Below, piece by piece: positions 26,953-36,749 of a stretch of DNA of 51,430 nt (position 1 is its first letter; every line of letters starts with the position of its first letter). A program made the translations under genes and the position numbers. This stretch comes from a virus (Duplodnaviria; Caudoviricetes). The stretch is taken from IMG/VR virus record IMGVR_UViG_3300032225_002734, positions 1 through 51,430 of that record; one strand, given 5' to 3'. Below the pieces are notes generated by a model. It saw only the letters and a program-made list of their open reading frames with translations, did not search any database and had not been told where the DNA came from.

Positions 26953-29214
26953 ATGCAAAAAAATATTAACGTAAAAAAAAGAAGTGGCTCCATTGAAAGA
27001 TTTGATATAGAAAAAATTCATAGAGTTATAAATTGGGCGGTCAAAGATTTAACTAATGTTAGTTTAACCGATATAGAAATAAATGCTAAAATAAATATAA
27101 ATGATGGAGTAAAAACTGAAGAAATTCATAAACTTCTAATAGAATCGGCTGCAAGCTTAATTTCTATAGATAAGCCAAATTATCAATATGTAGCCGGAAG
27201 ACTTTTAAATTATCAATTAAGAAAAGATGTATGGAAAGGCAAGCACGCTCCTAGATTATTAGAGTTTATAAATCAAGGATTAAAAAATAAGATTTATGAT
27301 TCTATAATTTTAGAAAAATATACAGAAGATGAATTAAATAAAATTGGAGAATTTATAGACCACGAAAGAGATTACATTTTTACTTATGCTGGCATAAAAC
27401 AATTATGTGATAAATATTTAATCAAAGATCGAGTTAGTGGCGAAATATATGAGACTCCACAGTTTGCCTACATCTTAATAGCTATATACGGTTTTATAAA
27501 TTATCCATCAAATACAAGATTATCTTATATTAGAAAATTTTATGATGCAATCAGTAAACATAAAATAAATCTTCCGACACCAGTAATGGCTGGCGTAAGA
27601 ACTCCTAGCAAAAATTACGCTAGTTGTTGTCTGATTGGCATTGATGATACTAGAGAAAGCATTACTGCTAGTGCTACTGCTGTTAGTATGGCTACAGCCA
27701 ATAGATGCGGAATAGGGATTGATGTATCTAAAATTAGAGCGATTGGTGCTCCTATCAAAAATGGAGAAGTTGTGCATACCGGCCTTATTCCATTTTTAAA
27801 AATATATGAAAGCAGCGTAAAAGCTTGGCAGCAAAATGGTTTAAGGGGCGGAAGCGCTACTTGCAATATCCAATGGTGGCATTATGAAATCGAAGATATT
27901 GTTGTTTTAAAAAATAACGCTGGCACAGATGATAATCGTGTTCGTAAGCTCGATTATACAGTTGGTATGAGTAAATTATTCTACGATAGAGTTTTGAAAG
28001 ATGAAGACGTTGCTTTATTTAATACCGCTGAAGTACCAGAATTATATGAAGCCTGGGGCACTAAAAATTTTGATAAAATATACAAAGAATGTGAATCTAA
28101 AAAAATAAAAATTAAAAAGAAAATATCTGCGCGTAAATTATTTTCTCTTATTATTAAAGAAAGAGTGGAAACTGGAAGAATATATATCCTTAATGTAGAT
28201 CACGCTAATGAACATGGAGCTTGGCACGACAAAGTCACAATGAGCAATCTATGTACAGAAGTTATTCATCCCACTATCCCACTGAATGATTATCATGATA
28301 AAGAAGGCGAAATCGGCATGTGTATTCTTTCGGCAGTTAATATGCTAGAAATTAAAAACTGGCAAGACCTTGAAAAGACATGCGATCTTATCGTTAGATT
28401 TCTTGATGAAATCATTGACCTTCAAGATTATTTTAATATTGCTGCTGAAAATTTTGCAAAAAAACGTCGTAGCCTCGGAATTGGTATAACCAATTTAGCC
28501 GCTTATCTCGCTAAAAATGAATTAAAGTATTCATTAGATAAAACGCTTCCAATAATCGATGAATGGATGGAGCATTTTCAATATTATCTCTTAAAATCTA
28601 GTTTAGAATTAGCTAAAGAAAAAGGCAAATGCAATAAATTTGATAGGACAAAATATTCAAAAGGCATACTCCCAATTGATACTTATAAAGATAAAGTAGA
28701 TGATATTTGCAAAAGAAAACTTTCTCTCGATTGGGAAAAACTTAGAAAAGATATTAAAGAATTTGGGCTAAGGCACTCTACGCTATCATCTTGTATGCCT
28801 TGCGAAAGTAGTTCGGTTATTCAGTCTTCTACAAATGGAGTCGAACCAATTCGTAGTCTTATTACTTATAAAATGAGTAAAATGGGTAAGCTCCCAGTAT
28901 TAGTCCCTGGAATTGGAAAATATGATGAAAATTATGAATTAGCTTATGATTTTAAAGATAATTCTGGATTATTAAAAATTAATTCTATTATTCAAAAATA
29001 TATTGATATGGCTATATCTACAAATTTATATTACAACTATTCTCATTATGAAAATAATATCCTTCCAGACTCTAAAGTAATGAAAGAGATTATGTATGCT
29101 TATAGTTTAGGATTAATTAGCTTGTACTATAACAATAGTGATGATGGAGATAAAGAACAACTTATGGATCAGAAAGAAGAAGGTGATTGCTCTTCTGGGG
29201 CGTGTAAATTATGA
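26953..29214 (+). CDS. nrdA: Class Ia ribonucleotide reductase alpha subunit with ATP cone
   Basis: VKKRSG ATP cone, PTPVMAG, ASCCLI, SNLCTE, MPCESSS, SLYY, CSSGAC. Confidence 0.97.
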   Translation: MQKNINVKKRSGSIERFDIEKIHRVINWAVKDLTNVSLTDIEINAKININDGVKTEEIHKLLIESAASLISIDKPNYQYVAGRLLNYQLRKDVWKGKHAPRLLEFINQGLKNKIYDSIILEKYTEDELNKIGEFIDHERDYIFTYAGIKQLCDKYLIKDRVSGEIYETPQFAYILIAIYGFINYPSNTRLSYIRKFYDAISKHKINLPTPVMAGVRTPSKNYASCCLIGIDDTRESITASATAVSMATANRCGIGIDVSKIRAIGAPIKNGEVVHTGLIPFLKIYESSVKAWQQNGLRGGSATCNIQWWHYEIEDIVVLKNNAGTDDNRVRKLDYTVGMSKLFYDRVLKDEDVALFNTAEVPELYEAWGTKNFDKIYKECESKKIKIKKKISARKLFSLIIKERVETGRIYILNVDHANEHGAWHDKVTMSNLCTEVIHPTIPLNDYHDKEGEIGMCILSAVNMLEIKNWQDLEKTCDLIVRFLDEIIDLQDYFNIAAENFAKKRRSLGIGITNLAAYLAKNELKYSLDKTLPIIDEWMEHFQYYLLKSSLELAKEKGKCNKFDRTKYSKGILPIDTYKDKVDDICKRKLSLDWEKLRKDIKEFGLRHSTLSSCMPCESSSVIQSSTNGVEPIRSLITYKMSKMGKLPVLVPGIGKYDENYELAYDFKDNSGLLKINSIIQKYIDMAISTNLYYNYSHYENNILPDSKVMKEIMYAYSLGLISLYYNNSDDGDKEQLMDQKEEGDCSSGACKL

Positions 29215-29822
29215 TGCATTTAAAACTTATAAATTATGAGCCTGAATATGCCTTAGATCTTCAGGGATGGAATAGCAATCATTTTATTTTTGAAAAATTA
29301 ATAATAGAATATAAACCTAATATTATAGCAGAAGTAGGATCATGGAAAGGTGCCTCTGCAATTCATATGGCTAATATTTGTAAAAAGAATAACTTAAATT
29401 CTAAGATATACTGTATTGATACTTGGCTTGGAGGTTTTGATCACATTTTAAATAATTTTGATGATTTAAAAATAAAGAATGGTTATCCTCAACTATATTA
29501 TCAATTTTTAAGCAATGTTTTTATCACTAATAATCAAGACTTAATAATACCAATACCGAATACGTCCTATATTGGATATATTTATTTGAAATATAATAAT
29601 ATTAAGCCTAACCTTATTTATATTGATGGTAGTCATGAATATGAGGATGTTGTAAACGATATAAAAAATTATTATGACCTATTAGCCGATGGTGGAGTTA
29701 TTTTTGGCGATGATTTCCATGATTGTATTTGGCCAGATGTAAAACGTGGCGTTGTAGATTTTTGTAGAAATAAAAATATAAATTTTAAAATAGAAGATGG
29801 AAAATGGATAATAAATAAATGA
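29211..29822 (+). CDS. Class I SAM methyltransferase inserted between nrdA and nrdB
   Basis: EVGSWKGAS, IDTW, IYIDGSHEY, GGVIFGDD. Confidence 0.9.
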   Translation: MMHLKLINYEPEYALDLQGWNSNHFIFEKLIIEYKPNIIAEVGSWKGASAIHMANICKKNNLNSKIYCIDTWLGGFDHILNNFDDLKIKNGYPQLYYQFLSNVFITNNQDLIIPIPNTSYIGYIYLKYNNIKPNLIYIDGSHEYEDVVNDIKNYYDLLADGGVIFGDDFHDCIWPDVKRGVVDFCRNKNINFKIEDGKWIINK

Positions 29823-30883
29823 AATCAGTTTTAAATATTAAAAACATAGATCATACAAAACAGCCTCTATTTTTTGGAGAAGACTTAAATCTTCAAAGAT
29901 ATGATCGTTTTAAATATCCTATATTTTTTGAACTTTTCAAAAAACAAGAAGAATTTTTTTGGTGGCCTCACGAAGTCTCATTAAATAAAGATCGTAGCGA
30001 TTATAAAGATTTAGCTGGACAAGAAAGATTCGTATTTGATACTAATTTAAAATTTCAAACTCTTGGAGATTCAATGCTCTCTCGCAGTATACACTCTCTT
30101 AAAGATTATGTCTCTAATCCAGAGTTAGAGATTTGCATGAATACGTGGCAAAGATTTGAAGGTATTCATAGCTATTCATATTCTTATTTATTAAATAATG
30201 TGCATCCAGATGCTAGTAAATTTTTTGATAGCATTATGGAAGACAAAGAGATTACGTCTAGAGCGGAATTAATAAGAAATAATTTTGATAAAATTCTTGG
30301 CTTAGATGATAAAAAAGATTTAAAACAAAAAATATTTGATTGTGTTCTTTCTGTCAACGTAATGGAAGGACTTGTATTTTATGTTAGTTTTGCTTGTTCT
30401 TTTTATTTCGGATATCGCGGTAAAATGGAAGGCAATGCTAAAATTATTAAATTTATTCAAAGAGATGAAGCTTTGCATTTCGGTATTACTCAAAATCTAC
30501 TCAAAATCTTGAAAGAAGAAGACAAAGAAGGTTTTACTTCGATAGCAAAGAAAAGCGAAGATAAAATATATGCATTTTACGAACAAGCAGCAAAAAATGA
30601 AATTGAATGGGCTGAATATCTTTTTAAAAATGGCTCCTTATTGGGTTTAAATGCCGAAGTACTAGGCGGATACGCAAAATGGTTATGCGATAACAGATTG
30701 AGATCCTTAGGTTACAAGAAGATATTTAATCAAAAAGAGAATCCTATAGCTGGATGGATGGATAGTTATATGGATAGCAGTAAAGTACAAACCGCTCCTC
30801 AAGAAACTGAGCTGCAATCTTATAAAATAGGTGCAAGGAATACTAATATTTCGGATGACGACTTTGAAGATATGAAGTTGTGA
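29819..30883 (+). CDS. nrdB: Class Ia ribonucleotide reductase beta subunit
   Basis: FFWWPHEV, QTLGDS, EGIHSYSY, EGLVFYVSF, RDEALH, APQETE. Confidence 0.97.
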   Translation: MKSVLNIKNIDHTKQPLFFGEDLNLQRYDRFKYPIFFELFKKQEEFFWWPHEVSLNKDRSDYKDLAGQERFVFDTNLKFQTLGDSMLSRSIHSLKDYVSNPELEICMNTWQRFEGIHSYSYSYLLNNVHPDASKFFDSIMEDKEITSRAELIRNNFDKILGLDDKKDLKQKIFDCVLSVNVMEGLVFYVSFACSFYFGYRGKMEGNAKIIKFIQRDEALHFGITQNLLKILKEEDKEGFTSIAKKSEDKIYAFYEQAAKNEIEWAEYLFKNGSLLGLNAEVLGGYAKWLCDNRLRSLGYKKIFNQKENPIAGWMDSYMDSSKVQTAPQETELQSYKIGARNTNISDDDFEDMKL

Positions 30884-31781
30884 TTATTTTTTGGTTCTTT
30901 AATCCAATGTCTTCTATTTCGTTATACTGACTATTTAGTAAATCATAAATATTTATTATCTTTCTATAGTTAGCAAAATTATTTGCATCCATTATATTTT
31001 TAATATCTAGGTTATGATTTGTATTTTCTATGAATGCTTCTATATCAGAAAGCTTGTTTGGATTTATTAAATTTACGTCGGGTTTATTCATTTTTTCAAT
31101 CCATTTTTGTTTTGATTGAGTTTTGTAATGGTTGATTCTAAGTAAATTATTATTAATTTCATAAGGGTTTAAGCATAAAGTACTTTCTTTTAGATTTTTA
31201 TATAAATGAGTATGTATTCCTAATTTTATTAAATTTTTTGTATGAACAATCTGTTTGAAATAAAATTTTTTTAATAAATATTCTTGAGCTTCATTTTTAC
31301 TAAAGTTTTTTTCTTTACATTTTTTTTCTATATTTTGGCGTTTTGTGAATGAGTTAATAATTTTTTTTGGTTGATAAATTATATTATTTCCACCAAATAT
31401 CAAACTCCATATTATTATTCCTTCTATTTTATTTTTGTAAAGATTATCTAGTATTAAATTTAATTTTTTCGTATATGGACTCCATAAAAATTCATCTAAA
31501 TCTATTATTCCTAGCCATTCGCTTTCTTTAATCGCTTTTTTAAAATAAAAATTGTATAATTCTGCTTGCCTTCCATAATGAAAATTTTTTAAATTATTCT
31601 TATAAATTGAAACCTGTTTTATTTTTATATATGGATTTAGTATATCCATATAATTATCGCTGCTATAATCATCTATTAGATATATATGCTCTATATTTCG
31701 ATCTAAATGATGTTTTATCCATTCTTCTAGACAATCTGATTCATTTTTGAATATCCCACCTATTGTTAATTTGTATTTCAT
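30843..31781 (-). CDS. GT92/GT2-like glycosyltransferase
   Basis: IFKNES..LEEWIKHH, IDDYSSD, IDLDEF, INHYKTQS. Confidence 0.8.
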   Translation of the reverse strand: MKYKLTIGGIFKNESDCLEEWIKHHLDRNIEHIYLIDDYSSDNYMDILNPYIKIKQVSIYKNNLKNFHYGRQAELYNFYFKKAIKESEWLGIIDLDEFLWSPYTKKLNLILDNLYKNKIEGIIIWSLIFGGNNIIYQPKKIINSFTKRQNIEKKCKEKNFSKNEAQEYLLKKFYFKQIVHTKNLIKLGIHTHLYKNLKESTLCLNPYEINNNLLRINHYKTQSKQKWIEKMNKPDVNLINPNKLSDIEAFIENTNHNLDIKNIMDANNFANYRKIINIYDLLNSQYNEIEDIGLKNQKIITTSYLQSRHPKY

Positions 31782-31835
31782 TAGATTTTACATATATATT
31801 ATATGTATAATATATAAATATGTGTAATCATAATT

Positions 31836-32180
31836 ATGGAAAGTTTACAATGGTTATTAAATATCAGTTTCGGGGTGTTAGCCTTTTTAGGCGGATGGGT
31901 ATTTACTAGGCTTTTTTCAGTTATAGATAATCAAGAAAAATTATTAAAAGATATTAATGATAAAACTTTTACTGATTTTATAACTTTAAGAAAAGAAGTA
32001 GAAGAGCTTAATAGAAAAAGTCAGCACGAAATATCAGATTTAGCATTAAAAATTAGTACTACTTATGTTACTAAAGAATCTTATGAATCTTATTTTAATA
32101 AGTTAGAAAGTAAATTAGATAGAAATTTTGAATATATTCAAGATTTTATAATAAATCATAAAAAAGATTCTTCTAAATGA
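31836..32180 (+). CDS. Protein with N-terminal transmembrane helix and coiled-coil-like tail
   Basis: WLLNISFGVLAFLGGWVF followed by charged helical region. Confidence 0.6.
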   Translation: MESLQWLLNISFGVLAFLGGWVFTRLFSVIDNQEKLLKDINDKTFTDFITLRKEVEELNRKSQHEISDLALKISTTYVTKESYESYFNKLESKLDRNFEYIQDFIINHKKDSSK

Positions 32181-32911
32181 AAGTAGAAGTTAAAGACAGA
32201 GCGATAATCATTGATGATGCTATCAATGCCGATGATATTTCTCTTTTAAAAAATTTAGTTTTTAAATACGCTCAAGATAAATTTGATGAAGCTTTAGAGG
32301 CTAGTAAAACTGATAAAGATTTTTATCATTTTCTTGGTATGAATGATTTATATGAAAATAATTTAAGTTTTGAAGAAAAAACTGCGTTAGATAAATGTCA
32401 TGATATTTTATTTAAAATTTTAAAAATAAGAACTTCTTTTCCAAAATTAGAAAAAGAATTTTATGGAATATCTATTTCCTCTAATCATTCTATGGCTTAT
32501 CATGCCGATGCCGAAAGACCATTTTGCAGAAATGAATCTCATATGGGATCACCCAATGATTCAGATAATTTAAATTTTAAAAATCCACTAAAGAACGAAT
32601 GGGAGCCTAATCACACTCCAAATAGAGTTTATACAAGCTTGGTTTATTTAAATGATGATTTTATTGGAGGGGAAACTACTTTACCAATTAAAGAAATCCA
32701 CGTGAGACCTTTTCCTGGCAAATTATTTGGTTTTCCGTGCTCTAGGGATTATATACACGGAGTAAGGCCAGCAAAAAATGGAGTTAGATTAGCTTTTACC
32801 GCTTGGTACGTATACTCTAAAGATCTATATTCTGATTATAAAGATTCGTATGGAAAAGATACTCAGGATGTATGTCCCCCAAGGAAAATAAATAGTTTTT
32901 ATATCAAATAA
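32177..32911 (+). CDS. 2OG-Fe(II) oxygenase, prolyl hydroxylase-like
   Basis: HAD, RVYTSLVYLNDDFIGG, HGVRP, RLAFTAWY. Confidence 0.85.
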   Translation: MKVEVKDRAIIIDDAINADDISLLKNLVFKYAQDKFDEALEASKTDKDFYHFLGMNDLYENNLSFEEKTALDKCHDILFKILKIRTSFPKLEKEFYGISISSNHSMAYHADAERPFCRNESHMGSPNDSDNLNFKNPLKNEWEPNHTPNRVYTSLVYLNDDFIGGETTLPIKEIHVRPFPGKLFGFPCSRDYIHGVRPAKNGVRLAFTAWYVYSKDLYSDYKDSYGKDTQDVCPPRKINSFYIK

Positions 32912-33294
32912 AATTCAAATGGATTTTCTGTATCAGACTGAGTAATGATATAACGATTATTGTCTAAACCGCTTAATAATTCAATAGCATAATTAGTTAC
33001 GATTGGTTGAATCGGTAAATTAGCCCAAACAACATTAGTTCTATTGATTGATCGCAATAAATTATTATAATCTATTTTTATTTGTGCATTAGCGGCTTCT
33101 AGAGACTGTTTACTTAGAAGGTTAAAATTATTCATTTTTTCGTTTAAAAAAATGTCTACTTCATCTCCATGAAATAAATTATATCTTAATTGGATATCTA
33201 TAAATCCCCTCCAATCATATATGCTCATATAATAACCGCTTACAGAATACATGTCATTTTCTATAGTGTTTTCTTCTTGTCGAAAATTATTCAT
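32899..33294 (-). CDS. Hypothetical protein
   Basis: 131-aa ORF, last of minus-strand operon. Confidence 0.55.
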   Translation of the reverse strand: MNNFRQEENTIENDMYSVSGYYMSIYDWRGFIDIQLRYNLFHGDEVDIFLNEKMNNFNLLSKQSLEAANAQIKIDYNNLLRSINRTNVVWANLPIQPIVTNYAIELLSGLDNNRYIITQSDTENPFEFYLI

Positions 33295-33631
33295 ATTTCT
33301 TTAATTTTTTTCCTTTCCTTTTTTTAGACCATTGTTCTTTAAATTCTTTTTTCACTGGATCTGCGCCGTAAATTTTTCTTCTTTTCTCTGAAAGTTCTTT
33401 GCTCCTATCCCAAAGATCGCCAATCGTACCTTTTTTGCTTTTAGTGAATTCAGAGAATTTCTCTTTTGTGCATTCTGCGCCTAAAGTTCCTTCGGTATTT
33501 AATTGAGGGGCAGTAAAAACTCTTTGCCATTCGAAACCGTTCTCATCAATATAAATATGTTCAGCATGGATGCTTTGGACGATCTCTTTATATTTTTTCG
33601 TTACTGGGTGCTGAAATATATAAATAGGCAT
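33287..33631 (-). CDS. FmdB-like small protein lacking zinc-ribbon cysteines
   Basis: MPIYIFQHP...RVFTAP resembles FmdB-type MPIYEY...RxxSAP. Confidence 0.45.
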   Translation of the reverse strand: MPIYIFQHPVTKKYKEIVQSIHAEHIYIDENGFEWQRVFTAPQLNTEGTLGAECTKEKFSEFTKSKKGTIGDLWDRSKELSEKRRKIYGADPVKKEFKEQWSKKRKGKKLKKYE

Positions 33632-33632
33632 A

Positions 33633-34712
33633 TTATTTTATAATATTAGTAATATTTTTTACTAAATTTTCTGGACTAAAATCTTTCTGCAATTTTAATC
33701 CTTGTTCATTTATTTTTTTATTCTTATATAAAGATATAGCTTTTTCGCACGCATCAATAAAATCATCTTCTTTAAAATCAAGAATATTTCCTTGATTATA
33801 TTTAGAATTTTTTAGAAAATGAATATCATCATAAGCTTCTATTTTTGATGATGGTTTTACCAAAATAGAATTCTCTTTGTCAGCCCAGCTTCTGTAGCCG
33901 CTTCCATCCATTATTACTCCATATTTTCCAAGTGCGACTGAATGGAATTCTGGTAAACCCCAACCTTCTCCACCACTCATTCCAATGACTATATCTCCGC
34001 TATTTAAAAAATCATTATATAATATATTTTGCTGCATAAAAGACAGAAAAGAGATATTAAAATATTTTTTATCATTTAGAGCTTCATTAAGAATCATTTT
34101 TTGCTTGTCTTCTTTTATAAAGGGATTATAAATCGCGCATTGTAATGAATAGTCTTTATTATTGCCATACTTTTTAAGCCAAGCTTTTATTAATTTTACG
34201 TGATGCTTTCTTTTTTCTAATTTGCCTACTAAATTAAAAGTGATCCTGTCTTCGAAATATTTTTTATTTGTATTAAAAAAATTATATTTGTCAAAAGCTA
34301 ATGGCAAATAAAATACATTATCGCACCCTAAATTTTTAAATAGATCCACCGTAGCTTTCGAAGAGAAGCATACCTTGTAATTGTTTTTAACACAATTGAT
34401 TTCTGATTTAGTAGGAGAATCTAATTCATAGAAACTTAATAATATTTGTTTCTCAGAAAAGCTTTCAATTCCGCCATTTAAATGCCATATTTTAAAAATA
34501 TTACTACTTCTTTTATGAAAATCTGGAAAATCTTCTATAGCTTTTTTTAGTTTAGAAGCCAATTTTTCATTTATGCTTTGAGAAGACGCATCAACTTGAC
34601 CTATTGGTGATATCAATAAATCTATATTAGAATCAAATAACGATCTAATTACATTGAATGATAGTTGCCCAAAAGATACAGAATTTAATGGAAGATTTAA
34701 AGATACATGCAT
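33633..34712 (-). CDS. GT4-like glycosyltransferase
   Basis: VGKLEKRK, SGGEGWGLPEF. Confidence 0.8.
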   Translation of the reverse strand: MHVSLNLPLNSVSFGQLSFNVIRSLFDSNIDLLISPIGQVDASSQSINEKLASKLKKAIEDFPDFHKRSSNIFKIWHLNGGIESFSEKQILLSFYELDSPTKSEINCVKNNYKVCFSSKATVDLFKNLGCDNVFYLPLAFDKYNFFNTNKKYFEDRITFNLVGKLEKRKHHVKLIKAWLKKYGNNKDYSLQCAIYNPFIKEDKQKMILNEALNDKKYFNISFLSFMQQNILYNDFLNSGDIVIGMSGGEGWGLPEFHSVALGKYGVIMDGSGYRSWADKENSILVKPSSKIEAYDDIHFLKNSKYNQGNILDFKEDDFIDACEKAISLYKNKKINEQGLKLQKDFSPENLVKNITNIIK

Positions 34713-35069
34713 TTATAATACATCTTCTTCATCCAAAGCGTTTTCATTGTTTAGATTATTTGAAGCAGCAGAAACTGCTTTGGCTGGCTTTACTGGAGCC
34801 TTTTTATCCTCTTTTACTTGCGAAGAAGCTGAAGGCGCATTATTCTTATCTTGAGGAACCGACAGGTAAACTCTATAATCTGGGGCTTTAGGATTATCTT
34901 TTTTATTCTTATTAGAAAAAACTACAACTTTTAGTTCTCTTTCGATTCCTAATTCGTCTACCTTGACATATCCAGATAGATATTTCTGAGTAGCGCTTTC
35001 TCTTTTCCATAAAGCTCCTACGTCTCTTTTAGACCAATCACTTTTGCTATTATTGTTGTTATTATCCAT
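34713..35069 (-). CDS. DUF736-like putative ssDNA-binding protein
   Basis: VGALWKR..YLSG..KAPDYRVY; acidic tail EEDVL; AAGGAG SD at 35075-35080. Confidence 0.55.
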   Translation of the reverse strand: MDNNNNNSKSDWSKRDVGALWKRESATQKYLSGYVKVDELGIERELKVVVFSNKNKKDNPKAPDYRVYLSVPQDKNNAPSASSQVKEDKKAPVKPAKAVSAASNNLNNENALDEEDVL

Positions 35070-35092
35070 ATTTTCTCCTTTTATTATTATTA

Positions 35093-35695
35093 TTAAATAA
35101 TATCACTATTATTTATACTTGTCAACTTATTTTTTAAAATTTTTATAGTTTTATTATGTAGATTTATTACGGTTTGAGTGCTTAAATTTAATTTTTTGGC
35201 TATATCATTCCAAGATCTTTTCTTATCAGAAAAATATCTCATTTTATATATTGTATTTATCCTCTTGTCTTTTAATTTTTGAATTAAACTTAATATCAAA
35301 TCAGAGTTTTCTTTTATCAAAGAATTAGTAGTCAAGTCCTTTTTTTGTTTTAATTCTATATGATATTTAATTTTTTCGTGATCCATATTAGTTGTGGAAA
35401 TAGTCTTTTTATTTATGCAATTTAAACAGTGATATCTCATTTGATTACCAAGCCATGTAGAGAATTTAACATTTTTGTTGCAATCAAAATTTAGAGCAGA
35501 TTTATATATTACCATTAATTTATCAGAAGTTATTTCTTCTGGGCTTAAGCCAACTGAAAGAAAACTATTATAATACTTCCTTATCATTTGATGGCAAATA
35601 CCGCTATGCCTAGCTTCCAGTTCTAGAAGAGCAGAACTATCCGCATCATTTTTTACTTTTTCAATTAATTCAAAGTCTTGTTTTATACAATTCAT
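35093..35695 (-). CDS. RNA polymerase sigma-70-family factor
   Basis: Region 2 FDCNKNVKFSTW; region 4 HTH SWNDIAKKLNLSTQTV. Confidence 0.85.
   Translation of the reverse strand: MNCIKQDFELIEKVKNDADSSALLELEARHSGICHQMIRKYYNSFLSVGLSPEEITSDKLMVIYKSALNFDCNKNVKFSTWLGNQMRYHCLNCINKKTISTTNMDHEKIKYHIELKQKKDLTTNSLIKENSDLILSLIQKLKDKRINTIYKMRYFSDKKRSWNDIAKKLNLSTQTVINLHNKTIKILKNKLTSINNSDII
35097..35125 (-). promoter_or_regulatory. Sigma70-like promoter
   Basis: TTGACA-17-TATTAT inside the 3' end of the sigma gene. Confidence 0.6.
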
Positions 35696-36254
35696 ATATT
35701 TCTTCTAGATTGTTTTTGTATTCTTTATACAAAAGATTTACGTTTTGCTCTGTACACCATGTTATAGAATAATCAGACCGCTTGCTTAAAATAATATCGT
35801 TTTTATTTTCTTCTGCATTAGCTGGAGGGATTAATTTGCCTTTAAAAATTCTAGATACATGTATTAAAATGCCATCATTCTCTTTTTTAAGCCAAGAAGA
35901 TTCGTCATTTTCATATTCTTGATATCTTATATCTGTTATAATAGGTATAAATTTTTCATTTTTATATTCGTTTATATTTAAATTTAATTTTTCTATCCAA
36001 TATCGTCCATTAGAATTTAATCTTTTTATTTTGCCGTAAGCTACTAAAATTGGGCGGATTAATTCTTTTTCTTCTTGTTTTAAATTAAAAATATTTAAAT
36101 TAAATTTTTCTCGCACAAAAGGCTCTAAATCTTTTTTAAGAATGTCTGCTAGAGCAAATCTTTTTACTACAATTTTTTTTTCTTTGAAATGATTTTCTAT
36201 TAAATTAAATAATGTATCTTTCCCAGACGTAGCTACTCCAGTTATTCCAATCAT
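35670..36254 (-). CDS. Deoxynucleoside monophosphate kinase
   Basis: IGITGVATSGKDT, LADILK, ITDIRY. Confidence 0.8.
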   Translation of the reverse strand: MIGITGVATSGKDTLFNLIENHFKEKKIVVKRFALADILKKDLEPFVREKFNLNIFNLKQEEKELIRPILVAYGKIKRLNSNGRYWIEKLNLNINEYKNEKFIPIITDIRYQEYENDESSWLKKENDGILIHVSRIFKGKLIPPANAEENKNDIILSKRSDYSITWCTEQNVNLLYKEYKNNLEEIYELYKTRL

Positions 36255-36297
36255 TTCTTTATTGTATGTGTTTAATATCGAAAAGTAAAGATAAAAG

Positions 36298-36326
36298 TTG
36301 ATTTTAATATATTTTTAAAATATAAT
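36298..36326 (+). promoter_or_regulatory. Sigma70-like promoter, leaderless
   Basis: TTGATT-17-TATAAT, 6 nt before ATG. Confidence 0.65.
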
Positions 36327-36332
36327 ATATTT

Positions 36333-36749
36333 ATGAGAATATCTTTTGAAGATATGGCAATCAAAATTGCAGAAGCAGTATCATTAAGGTCAGAAGACCA
36401 ACATAAAAAAGTAGGATGTACAATTCTTGATCAAGAAGGCAGATTGTTATCTATAGGATACAACGGCGTTAAACCAAAACAGAAAATACATAAATCGTTT
36501 TGGTTGGATAGAAACGAAAGAAGAAAGTATGTTCTTCACGCAGAAGCTAATGCATTGTCATGCATATCTAGGTGTGATAATCCTTATTTATTAGCCACAA
36601 CGCTTTTGCCTTGTTCTGCTTGCGCCGTTAACATAGCCACATATAATATTAAAAAAGTTCTATACTTGGAAGATTACGAAAAAGATCAAAAATCTTTAGA
36701 TATTTTTAAATTTTATAATATTAAATTAATTAAGTATAAAAATGTCTAG
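36333..36749 (+). CDS. dCMP deaminase
   Basis: RSED..KVGC, GYNG, HAEANA, PCSAC. Confidence 0.92.
   Translation: MRISFEDMAIKIAEAVSLRSEDQHKKVGCTILDQEGRLLSIGYNGVKPKQKIHKSFWLDRNERRKYVLHAEANALSCISRCDNPYLLATTLLPCSACAVNIATYNIKKVLYLEDYEKDQKSLDIFKFYNIKLIKYKNV

Noticed and set aside
30843-30883. 41-nt tail-to-tail overlap of nrdB and a GT gene as a regulatory device
   Set aside because: Convergent overlaps recur (331-345, 32899-32911, 42827-42830) and are adequately explained by genome compaction.
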